From NCBI GenBank assembly GCA_050633765.1, contig JBOEHC010000073.1, positions 1 through 48,936 on the forward strand: DNA of 48,936 bases. Direction: 5' to 3'. The translations under genes were made by a program, and so were the position numbers. The notes beneath the pieces are model-generated. The model was not told the DNA's origin and searched no databases. It saw nothing but the letters and a program-made list of their open reading frames with translations. How positions within the stretch are numbered: the stretch's first letter is position 1; each line of letters opens with the position of its first letter. Shown piece after piece: positions 39,030-48,497 of the stretch. Source of the stretch: Gammaproteobacteria bacterium (GTDB lineage Bacteria; Pseudomonadota; Gammaproteobacteria; UBA4575).

Positions 39030-40277
39030 ATGAGTGTATTTGAATACCGAGATAATCTTTTGCATGCAGAAGATGTAAATTTACAAGAGCTAGCCGATGC
39101 TTATGGAACACCATGCTATGTGTATTCAAAAGCAGCGATTGAAGCTAATTATCGAGCCTACGAAAGCGCATTTCGTCCATGGTCGTCGCGAATTTGTTAT
39201 GCCGTAAAAGCGAATTCTAATCTCGCGGTGTTAAGTCTATTGGCGAAGTTGGGTGCTGGCTTTGATATCGTATCCATTGGTGAGCTGGAGCGAGTAATTC
39301 GTGCGGGTGGAGATGTTAAGAAAGTGGTTTTTTCTGGAGTAGCTAAGCGTTCTGATGAAATACGTCGTGCATTGGTGCTGGGCATTGATTGTTTCAATAT
39401 TGAATCGACTGCTGAATTGCACCGTCTTGATGTCATCACTAAAGAAATGGATCTGCAGGCAAATGTTTCACTACGTGTGAACCCCGATGTAGATGCCACG
39501 ACACACCCTTATATTTCTACCGGCTTAAAAGAAAATAAATTTGGTGTTGATATTAATGATGCGTTGCAGATTTATCAGCAGCTTGCAGCCTGCAGTCATT
39601 TAAATGCAGTGGGTGTGGACTGCCATATTGGTTCACAATTGTTGGACTTAAGCCCCTTTAAAGCCAGCTTTGAAAAAGTCTTTAGTTTGGTAGATCAATT
39701 AGCCGATGCTGACATAGTACTGAGACATGTCGATGTAGGGGGGGGTTTAGGTATTCATTATGAAGCTTCGGATCAACCACCTACCATGCAGCAATATGCA
39801 GAGGTATTAGCACCATTTATGCAAAACCGAGATGTTGAGGTATTTATTGAGCCCGGCCGTTCGATTGTCGGAGATGCAGGAGTACTTCTCACACGGGTCG
39901 AACATATAAAGAACACCAGTGATAAAAATTTTGCACTGGTGGATGCGGCCATGAATGATTTAATGCGACCTTCTTTATATGCCGCCTGGCATGACATTAC
40001 AGAGGTAAAGCAAAGCAATGCTCCATCTGCTAACTATGATGTAGTCGGACCAGTATGTGAAACCGGAGATTTTCTTGGCAAAGGGCGAGACTTATCTATA
40101 CAAGAAGGCGGTCTACTAGCTGTTCATTCTGCAGGCGCCTACGGATTTGTAATGTCGAGCAATTACAATACGCGTCTACGCGCCCCAGAAATTTTAGTTG
40201 ATGGAGAGCAAGCGCACATTATTAGAATGCGCGAAACATTTGATCAGGTACTGGCTAACGAAATCATCCCTGATTAA
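39030..40277 (+). CDS. lysA: diaminopimelate decarboxylase
   Basis: YAVKANSN, HIGSQ, EPGRS, VGPVCETGD, GAYG..MSSNYN; start ATG 39030 or GTG 39021. Confidence 0.96.
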   Translation: MSVFEYRDNLLHAEDVNLQELADAYGTPCYVYSKAAIEANYRAYESAFRPWSSRICYAVKANSNLAVLSLLAKLGAGFDIVSIGELERVIRAGGDVKKVVFSGVAKRSDEIRRALVLGIDCFNIESTAELHRLDVITKEMDLQANVSLRVNPDVDATTHPYISTGLKENKFGVDINDALQIYQQLAACSHLNAVGVDCHIGSQLLDLSPFKASFEKVFSLVDQLADADIVLRHVDVGGGLGIHYEASDQPPTMQQYAEVLAPFMQNRDVEVFIEPGRSIVGDAGVLLTRVEHIKNTSDKNFALVDAAMNDLMRPSLYAAWHDITEVKQSNAPSANYDVVGPVCETGDFLGKGRDLSIQEGGLLAVHSAGAYGFVMSSNYNTRLRAPEILVDGEQAHIIRMRETFDQVLANEIIPD

Positions 40278-40288
40278 GTGGGTAAATC

Positions 40289-40396
40289 CTGATTTATACT
40301 AATTCTTCGTTAAAAAAACAATCTCGAATTCGTTCATGTATAAGTCAATACACATCGCTTTCTCGATATTTTTTGCCTCGTCTTAAAATAAATCAG
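40289..40396 (+). mobile_element. palindromic MITE/RPE-like element, copy 2
   Basis: CTGATTTAT...ATAAATCAG termini; internal similarity to copies 1 and 3. Confidence 0.75.
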
Positions 40397-40405
40397 AACT
40401 TACTA

Positions 40406-41080
40406 ATGGATAGAGTGCCGGAACAGGAACTAATGAATGAGCTTGAGCAAGTACTAGCTTATGCAGAGGCTGATTTCGAAGTCGCGCATCAATCTGTAAT
40501 CGATAATTTTGCGCAAATCTTTCCTGATTTTTTATCGGACACCAGGCCCCAACAAAACGTTTTGGATCTAGGCTGTGGGTCGGGTGATGTAACAGTACGT
40601 TTTGCGCATCGCTTTCCTGTTTGGCATATCGATGCAGTTGATGGTGCACAAGAGATGCTTAAGCAAGCAGCAGAGCTGATCGAAAATAATGCAATATCAG
40701 AACGCATAACCCTGCATCATCAACAATTAGCAAATTTTACTATTGAGCCTAAAAATTACGATGCAATTATATCCAACAGTTTATTGCATCATCTTCATGA
40801 TCCAATGCAACTATGGTCAATCATTAAACAATTTACGACATTCAATACAGCAATCTATGTGTGCGATTTGTTTCGACCCGAAACAATTACTGAAGCAGAT
40901 GCGTTAGTTGAACAATATGCGAACAATGAACCAGAAATTTTGCAAAAAGATTTTTATAACTCTTTATTAGCAGCCTTCACACCGGATGAGGTGCGCGCAC
41001 AGATTGTTAAAGCAGAATTAGATAGCATGAATATAGATATCGTCAGCGATCGACACATGCTTATTTACGGATACTTATAG
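40406..41080 (+). CDS. class I SAM-dependent methyltransferase
   Basis: MDRVPEQELM start, VLDLGCGSG, ISNSLLHH, DLFRP; the TTG 40373 start lies inside the repeat. Confidence 0.88.
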   Translation: MDRVPEQELMNELEQVLAYAEADFEVAHQSVIDNFAQIFPDFLSDTRPQQNVLDLGCGSGDVTVRFAHRFPVWHIDAVDGAQEMLKQAAELIENNAISERITLHHQQLANFTIEPKNYDAIISNSLLHHLHDPMQLWSIIKQFTTFNTAIYVCDLFRPETITEADALVEQYANNEPEILQKDFYNSLLAAFTPDEVRAQIVKAELDSMNIDIVSDRHMLIYGYL

Positions 41081-41514
41081 TGAATCAACAAACTGATATT
41101 GTTTATAGTTTGCCAAAAGACAATGAACTTGTCGCACTTTTTCAGCGAGTAAAAAGCATTGCAGTTGTAGGCTTATCACCAAAAGTAGATCGACCTAGCC
41201 ATCGAGTAGCCACACATATGCAAGAATTTGGATTTGAAATTATTCCGGTGCGCCCAGTAGTGAGTGAAGTGCTTGGTGAAAAAGCATATGCTTCTTTAGC
41301 TGACATTCCTTTTGCGGTGGATTTAGTGAATGTATTTCGAGCACCTAAATACATTGCAGAGATAACTCAACAATGTATAAACAAAAAAGTGAGCGCATTG
41401 TGGCTACAAGAAGGTGTTGTTGATATACAAAGTGCTAGCCGTGCGTGTAGTGAAAATATTTTTACGGTTATGGATAAGTGTATATACAAAGAGTATGTTC
41501 GCTTAATGAAGTAA
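41080..41514 (+). CDS. CoA-binding protein (YccU-like)
   Basis: IAVVGLSPK..RPS, DLVNVFR, WLQEGV, VMDKC. Confidence 0.9.
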   Translation: MNQQTDIVYSLPKDNELVALFQRVKSIAVVGLSPKVDRPSHRVATHMQEFGFEIIPVRPVVSEVLGEKAYASLADIPFAVDLVNVFRAPKYIAEITQQCINKKVSALWLQEGVVDIQSASRACSENIFTVMDKCIYKEYVRLMK

Positions 41515-41593
41515 TGTTTGTAGTGATCTAAAGAATATTCTTAACGAATAGGTTTAATTAACATTTAATTACATACATAAATAGTGGGTTGTT

Positions 41594-42424
41594 ATGAAAT
41601 TTCGATTTGCAAAAATGCACGGATTAGGTAATGATTTCGTCGTCTTCGATGCTGTGAATCAAGATGTGCAACTTACTAGCGAAAATGTTCGTAGGATTGC
41701 AGATCGAAAAACAGGTGTAGGCTGCGATCAAATTTTAGTCATACATCCTGCTACCGATGCAGATGTTGATTTTAATTATCAAATCTACAACAGTAATGGA
41801 GATGAAGTTGAGCAATGCGGCAATGGTGCACGTTGCATAGGAAGATTTATTGCATTGAATGGATTAACCAATAAGACTTCGATTAAGATCAAAACAATTA
41901 GTGGTGTATATCAAATTTACCTTCGCGATGACGAAACAGTTACTGTGAACATGGGTGCACCCATTTTTGAACCTGAAAAAATTCCATTTTCAGCTAGTGA
42001 GCAAGCATTGAGCTATAAAGTCGATGTGGATGGCGAGCAAGTGGATTTTGGAGCAGTTTCAATGGGCAACCCACATGCGGTGATACAGGTGAAAGATATT
42101 AATAACGCACCCATAGAAAGTTTAGGCCCCAAACTAGAGAAACACTCAATGTTTCCAAACAAAGCCAATATAGGCTTTATGCAGGTATTAAACCCGCAAC
42201 ATATTGCTTTGCGTGTATTTGAAAGACATGTAGGCGAAACCAGTGCGTGTGGCACCGGTGCTTGTGCTGCAGTTGCAGTTGGGCAGTCTCAAGGACTGCT
42301 TGATAAAAATGTAACCGTAGACTTGCCAGGTGGAAGCTTGCAAATAGAGTGTGAAAACAATGCTGCACCAGTAATGATGACTGGCCCAGCACAATATAGT
42401 TTTGAGGGGAGCCTTAACTTATGA
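41594..42424 (+). CDS. dapF: diaminopimelate epimerase
   Basis: KMHGLGNDF, EQCGNGARC, SMGNPH, ETSACGTGACA. Confidence 0.97.
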   Translation: MKFRFAKMHGLGNDFVVFDAVNQDVQLTSENVRRIADRKTGVGCDQILVIHPATDADVDFNYQIYNSNGDEVEQCGNGARCIGRFIALNGLTNKTSIKIKTISGVYQIYLRDDETVTVNMGAPIFEPEKIPFSASEQALSYKVDVDGEQVDFGAVSMGNPHAVIQVKDINNAPIESLGPKLEKHSMFPNKANIGFMQVLNPQHIALRVFERHVGETSACGTGACAAVAVGQSQGLLDKNVTVDLPGGSLQIECENNAAPVMMTGPAQYSFEGSLNL

Positions 42425-43167
42425 CGACACAGACGAAATCAAAAGTAGCCGCAAAAATTTCAACACGTGCAGCATCTGCACCGAAAACGAAGATCACCCG
42501 TGATCATGTTGCGCGTTACCTACGCACACATAGTGATTTCTTTACCCATCATCCAGATTTGATTGAAACATTAGCTATTCCACACGAAACAGGAGTGGCG
42601 GTATCACTGGTTGAGCGTCAAGTTGAGTTATTGCGCAATAAAAATAAAGAGCTAGATCAAAAGCTACATCAGCTTATTAAAGTTGCGAAAGATAATGAAA
42701 AAGTCAGTCACCGCTTACATGCGATCACCCTCGGTTTGGTGTCAATTCGAGGTTTTGATGACACGCTCGAAGGCATTCACGAATTAATGCATGCTGATTT
42801 CCCTGGTACGAAGGTAAATATGCGCTTATTTGATGTATTGCCAGAAACCAAAGCAAAAGATTGTGACGAGATGGAACAATCTTTACAAAAATCTAAGCTT
42901 ATTCAAGATTTATTCTCTAGTCGGCGACGTGGCGTAGCATTTCTTACTAAGCGGCAAATCGAAAATGTATTTGAGAGCGAAGATAAGAAGAAACCTATTC
43001 GTTCTGCGGCTGCCGTTGCCTTAAAGCAGAATCAACAACTAGGTGTATTGTTCTTGGGTAGTACTGATGCAAATCGTTTTCAAAACGGGATGGGAACTCT
43101 GTTCCTAGGCAACTTGGGTGAAATACTTGGCGCTAAACTACAACAGTTTGTACCCGCTGCAGTATAG
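42421..43167 (+). CDS. DUF484 (YigA) family protein
   Basis: YLRTHSDFF..HPDL, AVSLVERQV..LR, F..GMGTLFL; located between dapF and xerC. Confidence 0.9.
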   Translation: MTTQTKSKVAAKISTRAASAPKTKITRDHVARYLRTHSDFFTHHPDLIETLAIPHETGVAVSLVERQVELLRNKNKELDQKLHQLIKVAKDNEKVSHRLHAITLGLVSIRGFDDTLEGIHELMHADFPGTKVNMRLFDVLPETKAKDCDEMEQSLQKSKLIQDLFSSRRRGVAFLTKRQIENVFESEDKKKPIRSAAAVALKQNQQLGVLFLGSTDANRFQNGMGTLFLGNLGEILGAKLQQFVPAAV

Positions 43168-43314
43168 AAACATAAGTTTTAAGTAAAAAGTTACCGACCA
43201 ACTTAAATTACATTCACTTTATCTAGCTAAAAAATTATAAAAATATACAAAACTAGTGAATTAATGCTAACGTAGTATTTTATTTAACCAGGTTTTATAA
43301 ACCCAGGTTTGTTT

Positions 43315-44325
43315 ATGGCAGTAGTTACTAGAACCGAAGCTAGGCAGCCCAAAGAAGTAAAACAGTCTACGCAAAAACTTTTCCAACGTTACTTACGCTA
43401 CTTAAAAGATGAGCGTCGGTACTCTCCCGCTACCTTAGATAGCTATCAAAGAGACCTCCATCAATTTATAGAGTTTATTAATGCAGTCAATGTCACAGAT
43501 TGTTGTGATGTAGATAGCCTGCATGTACGAAACTATGCGGGCTCGCGTCGTCGTCGTGGTGTATCTGCTAGAAGTTTGCATCGTTCCTTAAGTGCGATTC
43601 GCGGCTTTTATACCTATCTTCAGCGCGAGCAACTCATTGCAAATAATCCGGTAGCTGATGTCAGTGCACCGAGCATTGAGAAAAAACTACCTAATTTATT
43701 AGATGTAGATGAAATTAATCGTCTACTAAATGAGGGCCCACAAAACCCATTAAAGTTGCGTGACTACGCCATGATGGAATTGATGTATTCATCGGGTTTG
43801 CGATTAGCTGAAATGGTGAATTTAGATCTAGATGCCATCGATTTACATCAAGCACAGGTGCAAGTTTTAGGTAAAGGCAATAAAACCCGTTACCTACCTA
43901 TTGGCACCAATGCCTGTAAAGCTTTAAAAAGATGGCTGGAAGCGCGCCCCAATATTGTGGTTGAAGGTGAGTATGCTGTGTTTGTAAATAATCGCGGCAA
44001 ACGATTATCTCCTCGTGCAGTGCAACTACGTATGGCACAAATAGGTAGAGAGCAGGGCTTAGACAAACACGTACATCCACATATGCTGCGACATTCATTT
44101 GCTAGCCATTTATTAGAATCCAGCGGTGATCTGCGAGCGGTACAAGAAATGCTAGGCCATGCAGACATCAGTACTACACAAATCTATACCCATCTCGACT
44201 TTCAGCATCTTGCACAAGTCTATGATAAAGCACACCCACGTGCGCATAAATCAATGAATGCGGATGATAGCCAAGAAAATCCACAAAGTAGTCTCTCAGA
44301 AAATACCTTTCCTAAAGACGATTAA
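43315..44325 (+). CDS. xerC: tyrosine recombinase XerC
   Basis: YSSGLRLAE, GKGNK, HPHMLRHSFASHLLESSGDLRAVQEMLGHADISTTQIYTHLDFQHLA; dapF-DUF484-xerC synteny. Confidence 0.95.
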   Translation: MAVVTRTEARQPKEVKQSTQKLFQRYLRYLKDERRYSPATLDSYQRDLHQFIEFINAVNVTDCCDVDSLHVRNYAGSRRRRGVSARSLHRSLSAIRGFYTYLQREQLIANNPVADVSAPSIEKKLPNLLDVDEINRLLNEGPQNPLKLRDYAMMELMYSSGLRLAEMVNLDLDAIDLHQAQVQVLGKGNKTRYLPIGTNACKALKRWLEARPNIVVEGEYAVFVNNRGKRLSPRAVQLRMAQIGREQGLDKHVHPHMLRHSFASHLLESSGDLRAVQEMLGHADISTTQIYTHLDFQHLAQVYDKAHPRAHKSMNADDSQENPQSSLSENTFPKDD

Positions 44326-44371
44326 ACCTCACTTTTAGTCGAGTAATAGTAAGCTTTCTTTTTAAGAAGCC

Positions 44372-44400
44372 CTTTAAAAAGGGTAGTGGTATCTCCATAT
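44372..44400 (+). promoter_or_regulatory. putative sigma32 (RpoH) promoter for hslVU
   Basis: CTTTAA-N15-CTCCATAT resembles CTTGAA-N13-17-CCCCATNT upstream of heat-shock genes. Confidence 0.6.
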
Positions 44401-44461
44401 ATAATATTTGAGAATACCTTTCTATTAATAATCATATCCAAAATTTAACGGAACCATTCAA

Positions 44462-44980
44462 ATGACTACAATTGTCTCGATGCGTCGCGATGGTAAGGTA
44501 GCCCTCGGCGGCGACGGTCAAGTATCGCTGGGTAACACCATCATGAAAGGCAATGCGCGAAAAATTCGTCGCTTGTATAACGACAAAGTAATTGCAGGTT
44601 TCGCGGGCGGAACAGCAGATGCCTTTACATTATTTGAGCGCTTTGAAGCTAAACTCGAAGAACATAATGGCCAACTAACTCGTGCAGCGGTAGAACTCGC
44701 TAAAGATTGGCGCACCGATCGCATGCTTCGTAAATTGGAAGCACTACTTGCGGTGGCAGACAAAGAGTCATCACTTATTATTTCTGGTAATGGGGATGTA
44801 ATAGAGCCGGAAGATTCACTGGTTGCCATTGGTTCAGGTGGTCCGTTTGCACAAGCAGCAGCTCGCGCCTTGTATGAAAATACCGAACTCAGCGCAAAAG
44901 AGATTGTTGATAAATCTTTAAACATTGCTGCCAATATTTGTATCTACACTAATACCAGTATTTCTATAGAAGAGTTATAG
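44462..44980 (+). CDS. hslV: ATP-dependent protease subunit HslV
   Basis: [29 protein letters not shown]. Confidence 0.97.
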   Translation: MTTIVSMRRDGKVALGGDGQVSLGNTIMKGNARKIRRLYNDKVIAGFAGGTADAFTLFERFEAKLEEHNGQLTRAAVELAKDWRTDRMLRKLEALLAVADKESSLIISGNGDVIEPEDSLVAIGSGGPFAQAAARALYENTELSAKEIVDKSLNIAANICIYTNTSISIEEL

Positions 44981-45007
44981 AAGCAGGATTATTAAGAGCT
45001 AAATTAC

Positions 45008-46336
45008 ATGTCAAACATGACCCCACGAGAAATCGTACAAGAACTCGACAAACATATTGTTGGTCAAGATGAAGCTAAACGTGCAGTAGCTATCGCATTG
45101 CGCAATCGCTGGCGTCGTCAGCAATTGCCCGAAGAGTTAAGAGTAGAAGTAACCCCCAAGAATATTTTAATGATCGGTCCAACTGGTGTGGGCAAAACAG
45201 AAATTGCGCGTCGCTTAGCTAAGCTTGCTAATGCGCCTTTTATAAAGGTGGAAGCAACAAAATTTACCGAAGTGGGTTATGTCGGTAAGGAAGTGGATTC
45301 GATTATTCGCGATTTAGTAGATACAGCAGTAAAAATGGCGCGCGAAACTGAAAAAGAAAAAGTACGTTTCCGTGCTGAAGAAGCTGCAGAAGAACGTATT
45401 TTAGAAATATTAGTCCCCTCACGTATTGATCCTGAATCAAGTGACAGACCTGATTACAATGCTGAAACCCGTCAAAAGTTTCGCAAAAAATTACGCGAAG
45501 GTGATTTAAATGACACCGAAATAGAAATTGATCTCGCCGCAACACCTGTGGGGGTAGAAATCATGACGCCACCCGGCATGGAAGAAATGGCAGATCAGCT
45601 AACAGGTATGTTTAAAAACCTTAACACCGGGAAAAAGAAAACCCGAAAAATGCGTATCGAAGAGGCTATGAAAGCACTCACAGAAGAAGAAGCGCATAAA
45701 CTGGTAAACGAAGAAGAACTAAAAGCGACTGCACTTGAGAGTGTTGAGCAAAACGGTATCGTGTTCTTAGATGAAATAGATAAAGTGGCTAAAAGTGGCC
45801 AAACCAGTGGAGCAGATGTGTCTCGCGAAGGGGTGCAGCGCGATTTATTACCGTTAGTAGAGGGTTGTTCTATCAATACTAAATACGGCATCGTCAATAC
45901 TGACCACATTCTGTTTATAGCTTCTGGTGCATTCCATGTTTCTAAACCTTCGGATTTAATCCCAGAGTTACAAGGGCGTTTACCGATTCGCGTAGAGTTA
46001 AAAGCACTTTCAGCAGCGGATTTTGTGCGCATTTTAACAGAGCCGGATGCTTCGCTGACCGAACAATATACTGCACTTATGGATACAGAAGGGGTTGCGT
46101 TGAAATTTGCCGAAGAGGGTGTGCAAAAAATTGCTCAAGTTGCGCATGATGTAAATGAATCCACTGAAAACATAGGCGCACGTCGGTTGCACACGGTAAT
46201 GGAAAGATTATTAGAAAATATTTCCTACACAGCACCAGATGAAAGTGGTGAGTCGTTCACCGTAGATGCTAAATACGTTGATGAAAATATTGGCGAACTG
46301 GTGAAAGACGTAGACCTTAGTAAGTACATCCTCTAA
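45008..46336 (+). CDS. hslU: ATP-dependent protease ATPase HslU
   Basis: [43 protein letters not shown]. Confidence 0.97.
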   Translation: MSNMTPREIVQELDKHIVGQDEAKRAVAIALRNRWRRQQLPEELRVEVTPKNILMIGPTGVGKTEIARRLAKLANAPFIKVEATKFTEVGYVGKEVDSIIRDLVDTAVKMARETEKEKVRFRAEEAAEERILEILVPSRIDPESSDRPDYNAETRQKFRKKLREGDLNDTEIEIDLAATPVGVEIMTPPGMEEMADQLTGMFKNLNTGKKKTRKMRIEEAMKALTEEEAHKLVNEEELKATALESVEQNGIVFLDEIDKVAKSGQTSGADVSREGVQRDLLPLVEGCSINTKYGIVNTDHILFIASGAFHVSKPSDLIPELQGRLPIRVELKALSAADFVRILTEPDASLTEQYTALMDTEGVALKFAEEGVQKIAQVAHDVNESTENIGARRLHTVMERLLENISYTAPDESGESFTVDAKYVDENIGELVKDVDLSKYIL

Positions 46337-46350
46337 CCATACTTAAACTA

Positions 46351-46470
46351 GAAAGCGCTGATTTATTCTAAGACGAGGCAAGAAATGTCGAAAAGAGTGG
46401 AGTGTATTAATAATACGTGAGCACTTTGAGATCATTTTTTAACGAAGTATCAGGATAAATCAGCGCTTTC
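46351..46470 (-). mobile_element. palindromic MITE/RPE-like element, copy 3 (inverted relative to copies 1 and 2)
   Basis: Perfect 16-bp terminal inverted repeat GAAAGCGCTGATTTAT/ATAAATCAGCGCTTTC; reverse complement aligns to copy 2. Confidence 0.78.
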
Positions 46471-46501
46471 ATTGAACATAATTTAAAAAAGGAAATGAAC
46501 C

Positions 46502-46861
46502 TTGGCTATTGCGACACCAACAAATATTCAATTACATCAAAAATCTCGAATGCTCGAGGTTGATTTTGACGATGGCCAGCATTTTGAATTGTCGTGTGAA
46601 TATTTGCGCACCCATTCACCTTCTGCAGAAGTGCAAGGGCATGGTCCTGGGCAAGAAAAGCTTCAGGTCGGTAAAGAAGATGTAAATATTAATGCCATTG
46701 AGCCAGTGGGTAACTATGCGGTGTGTTTAGAGTTTGATGATAATCACAACTCCGGTATTTTTTCCTGGGATCATTTGTATGAGTTGGGAATAAATAAAGA
46801 AGCGAACTGGAAGAGGTATTTAGAAAGGTTGAAAGAAGCGGGGCATAAAAGAAAAAGTTGA
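46502..46861 (+). CDS. DUF971 (GBBH-like N-terminal) protein
   Basis: LSCEYLRTHSPSAEVQGHG, VGNYAV..FDDNHNSGIFSW; commonly follows hslU. Confidence 0.92.
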   Translation: MAIATPTNIQLHQKSRMLEVDFDDGQHFELSCEYLRTHSPSAEVQGHGPGQEKLQVGKEDVNINAIEPVGNYAVCLEFDDNHNSGIFSWDHLYELGINKEANWKRYLERLKEAGHKRKS

Positions 46862-46869
46862 AAATACGA

Positions 46870-46897
46870 ATGTCCGCTTTCGGCCATTAGCAGACAT
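46870..46897. repeat. short imperfect palindrome between convergent genes
   Basis: ATGTCCGCT-TTCGGCCATT-AGCAGACAT, 8/9 paired arms. Confidence 0.6.
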
Positions 46898-46905
46898 CTT
46901 TATAA

Positions 46906-47562
46906 TCATGCTTCATCTTTTGTAGATAGCTTTTGTGCACGAGTACGCCAATGTTCCGAGAGCTGACTTACTTTACTTAATCTCTGTACTGCATCTGTGT
47001 TCTTCTCTCCTGCAATGAGCAATTTAAAAACTTTAGCAACTGTCCATTCAGGATTGGAGCGAGATAGTAATTCAATCGAGTCACCTGCTTGAATATTGCC
47101 TTCTTCTAACACACGATAATACCAACCACTGCGCCCAGTAGTAATTACTTCGCGCAACATATTTTGATCAGAAAATTTATGTCCCAATTTCCAACAAGGT
47201 TGTCTGCCTTGACTGACTTCAATTACTGCGCTTCCCAGTTTGAATTGATCACCAATGCAGATTTGATCTTCTGTAAAACCATGTGTTGAAATGTTCTCTC
47301 CAAATGCTCCTGGATATTGAAGGTGTTCATTAAGGTCTAGTCTGTCTTGCTGCCATGCGAAATAGTGATCAAAGGCATAATGCATGATCGCCTTATCTTT
47401 TCCACCATGATTTTTTAAATCAGCTTGTTCATCACCCTGTAAACCTAACGTAGTTACAGTAACGTCCGCATCAATACTAGATTTTCTATAAGCACTTAGT
47501 TGACCTTTGGGACCAAATGACTTGACCTTACCTATCAATATAGCGTCGACGCGTGTATGCAT
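46906..47562 (-). CDS. MOSC domain protein (YiiM-like)
   Basis: GDEQAD..HGGKDKA, GAFGENI, SQGRQPCWKL, GRSGWYYRVLEEG. Confidence 0.92.
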   Translation of the reverse strand: MHTRVDAILIGKVKSFGPKGQLSAYRKSSIDADVTVTTLGLQGDEQADLKNHGGKDKAIMHYAFDHYFAWQQDRLDLNEHLQYPGAFGENISTHGFTEDQICIGDQFKLGSAVIEVSQGRQPCWKLGHKFSDQNMLREVITTGRSGWYYRVLEEGNIQAGDSIELLSRSNPEWTVAKVFKLLIAGEKNTDAVQRLSKVSQLSEHWRTRAQKLSTKDEA

Positions 47563-47581
47563 GTGGTACAGAAATTTCTAA

Positions 47582-48139
47582 TTAAGCGAACTTCTGTTCA
47601 AAACAGATCTTTTCACTATCATCTTTAGATAATGGTACTTCTAACAATCCACAACGATGCGGTGAACCTTCAGAAGAATTCTTTTGAAAATGCATGCATG
47701 TTTTACATGCTCCAAACGGCTTTCGCTTTCGTTCATCTAAAGTATTAATCAGTAAAGTCTTCAGGCTACCTTGCAGGTTACTTTGCTGTGACTTCGTCAT
47801 TTTTGACGCAGCAATAGATATCTCATCAAGTGGATCATTTTTAAGTAGTTTTATACCTCTTGCTGTCAATACGAGATTTACTGAGCGTTTATCTGAAGCT
47901 ACGGATTTTTTCTTTAGCAAACCTTTTCGTTCGAGTGCATTAATGCTTTGAGAAACTGTGCCTTTAGTAACACCAAGGTAGGCAGTCAACGCAGTCGGGT
48001 TACATGAAAATCGGTTCGCCTTGGATAAATAGCGAAGTGTATCCCACTGAGTAGGTTTCAAATCCTCGGCAAAAGCGTCGTTTTGCACAATACGGGTTAA
48101 TCGCTCTACTAGAATGGTTATTTCAGAATAAGGGTCCAT
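47582..48139 (-). CDS. MarR-family regulator with C-terminal Cys4 extension
   Basis: wHTH (TKGTVSQSINALERKGL..DKRSV) followed by CKTC-x14-C-x15-C; start likely ATG 48139. Confidence 0.88.
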   Translation of the reverse strand: MDPYSEITILVERLTRIVQNDAFAEDLKPTQWDTLRYLSKANRFSCNPTALTAYLGVTKGTVSQSINALERKGLLKKKSVASDKRSVNLVLTARGIKLLKNDPLDEISIAASKMTKSQQSNLQGSLKTLLINTLDERKRKPFGACKTCMHFQKNSSEGSPHRCGLLEVPLSKDDSEKICFEQKFA

Positions 48140-48146
48140 TAATTTA

Positions 48147-48220
48147 TAGTATCGACTAAATACTACTATTGCAAGCATGGGTTAGATACTGTAGGGTGCT
48201 TAAATGTATCGAGTCGATAC
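48147..48220. promoter_or_regulatory. two copies of a palindromic operator in the divergent MarR/thioredoxin promoter
   Basis: GTATCGA-G-TCGATAC (48206-48220, perfect) and TAGTATCGACTAAATACTA (48147-48165, imperfect). Confidence 0.65.
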
Positions 48221-48250
48221 TAAAAATTATCACATTATTGGAGAATTATT

Positions 48251-48487
48251 ATGAATACTGCTACTTTTTATCACGCTGGATGCCCTGTTTGCGTAACAGC
48301 AGAAAACAAAATCACAGACATTATCGATACCAGTCGATTTAAGCTTGAAATTGTACATTTAGGCGATAAGCCTGATCGTATTATTGAAGCTGAAAATGCT
48401 GGAGTGAAATCTGTACCTGCAATTGTAGTCGATGGTGATGCTTTACATATCAATCATGGCGCGGATCTATCTGCTTTAAAAAATTAG
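48251..48487 (+). CDS. small thioredoxin/glutaredoxin-like protein
   Basis: HAGCPVC (CxxC) and GVKSVPA cis-Pro motif; GGAG RBS. Confidence 0.88.
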   Translation: MNTATFYHAGCPVCVTAENKITDIIDTSRFKLEIVHLGDKPDRIIEAENAGVKSVPAIVVDGDALHINHGADLSALKN

Positions 48488-48497
48488 AGGTGCTGTC

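Noticed and set aside
40373-40405. TTG start for the methyltransferase
   Set aside because: Lies inside palindromic element copy 2; the family-like sequence begins at ATG 40406
43315-44325. Tyrosine recombinase as a phage or island integrase
   Set aside because: Motifs and dapF-DUF484 context identify housekeeping XerC
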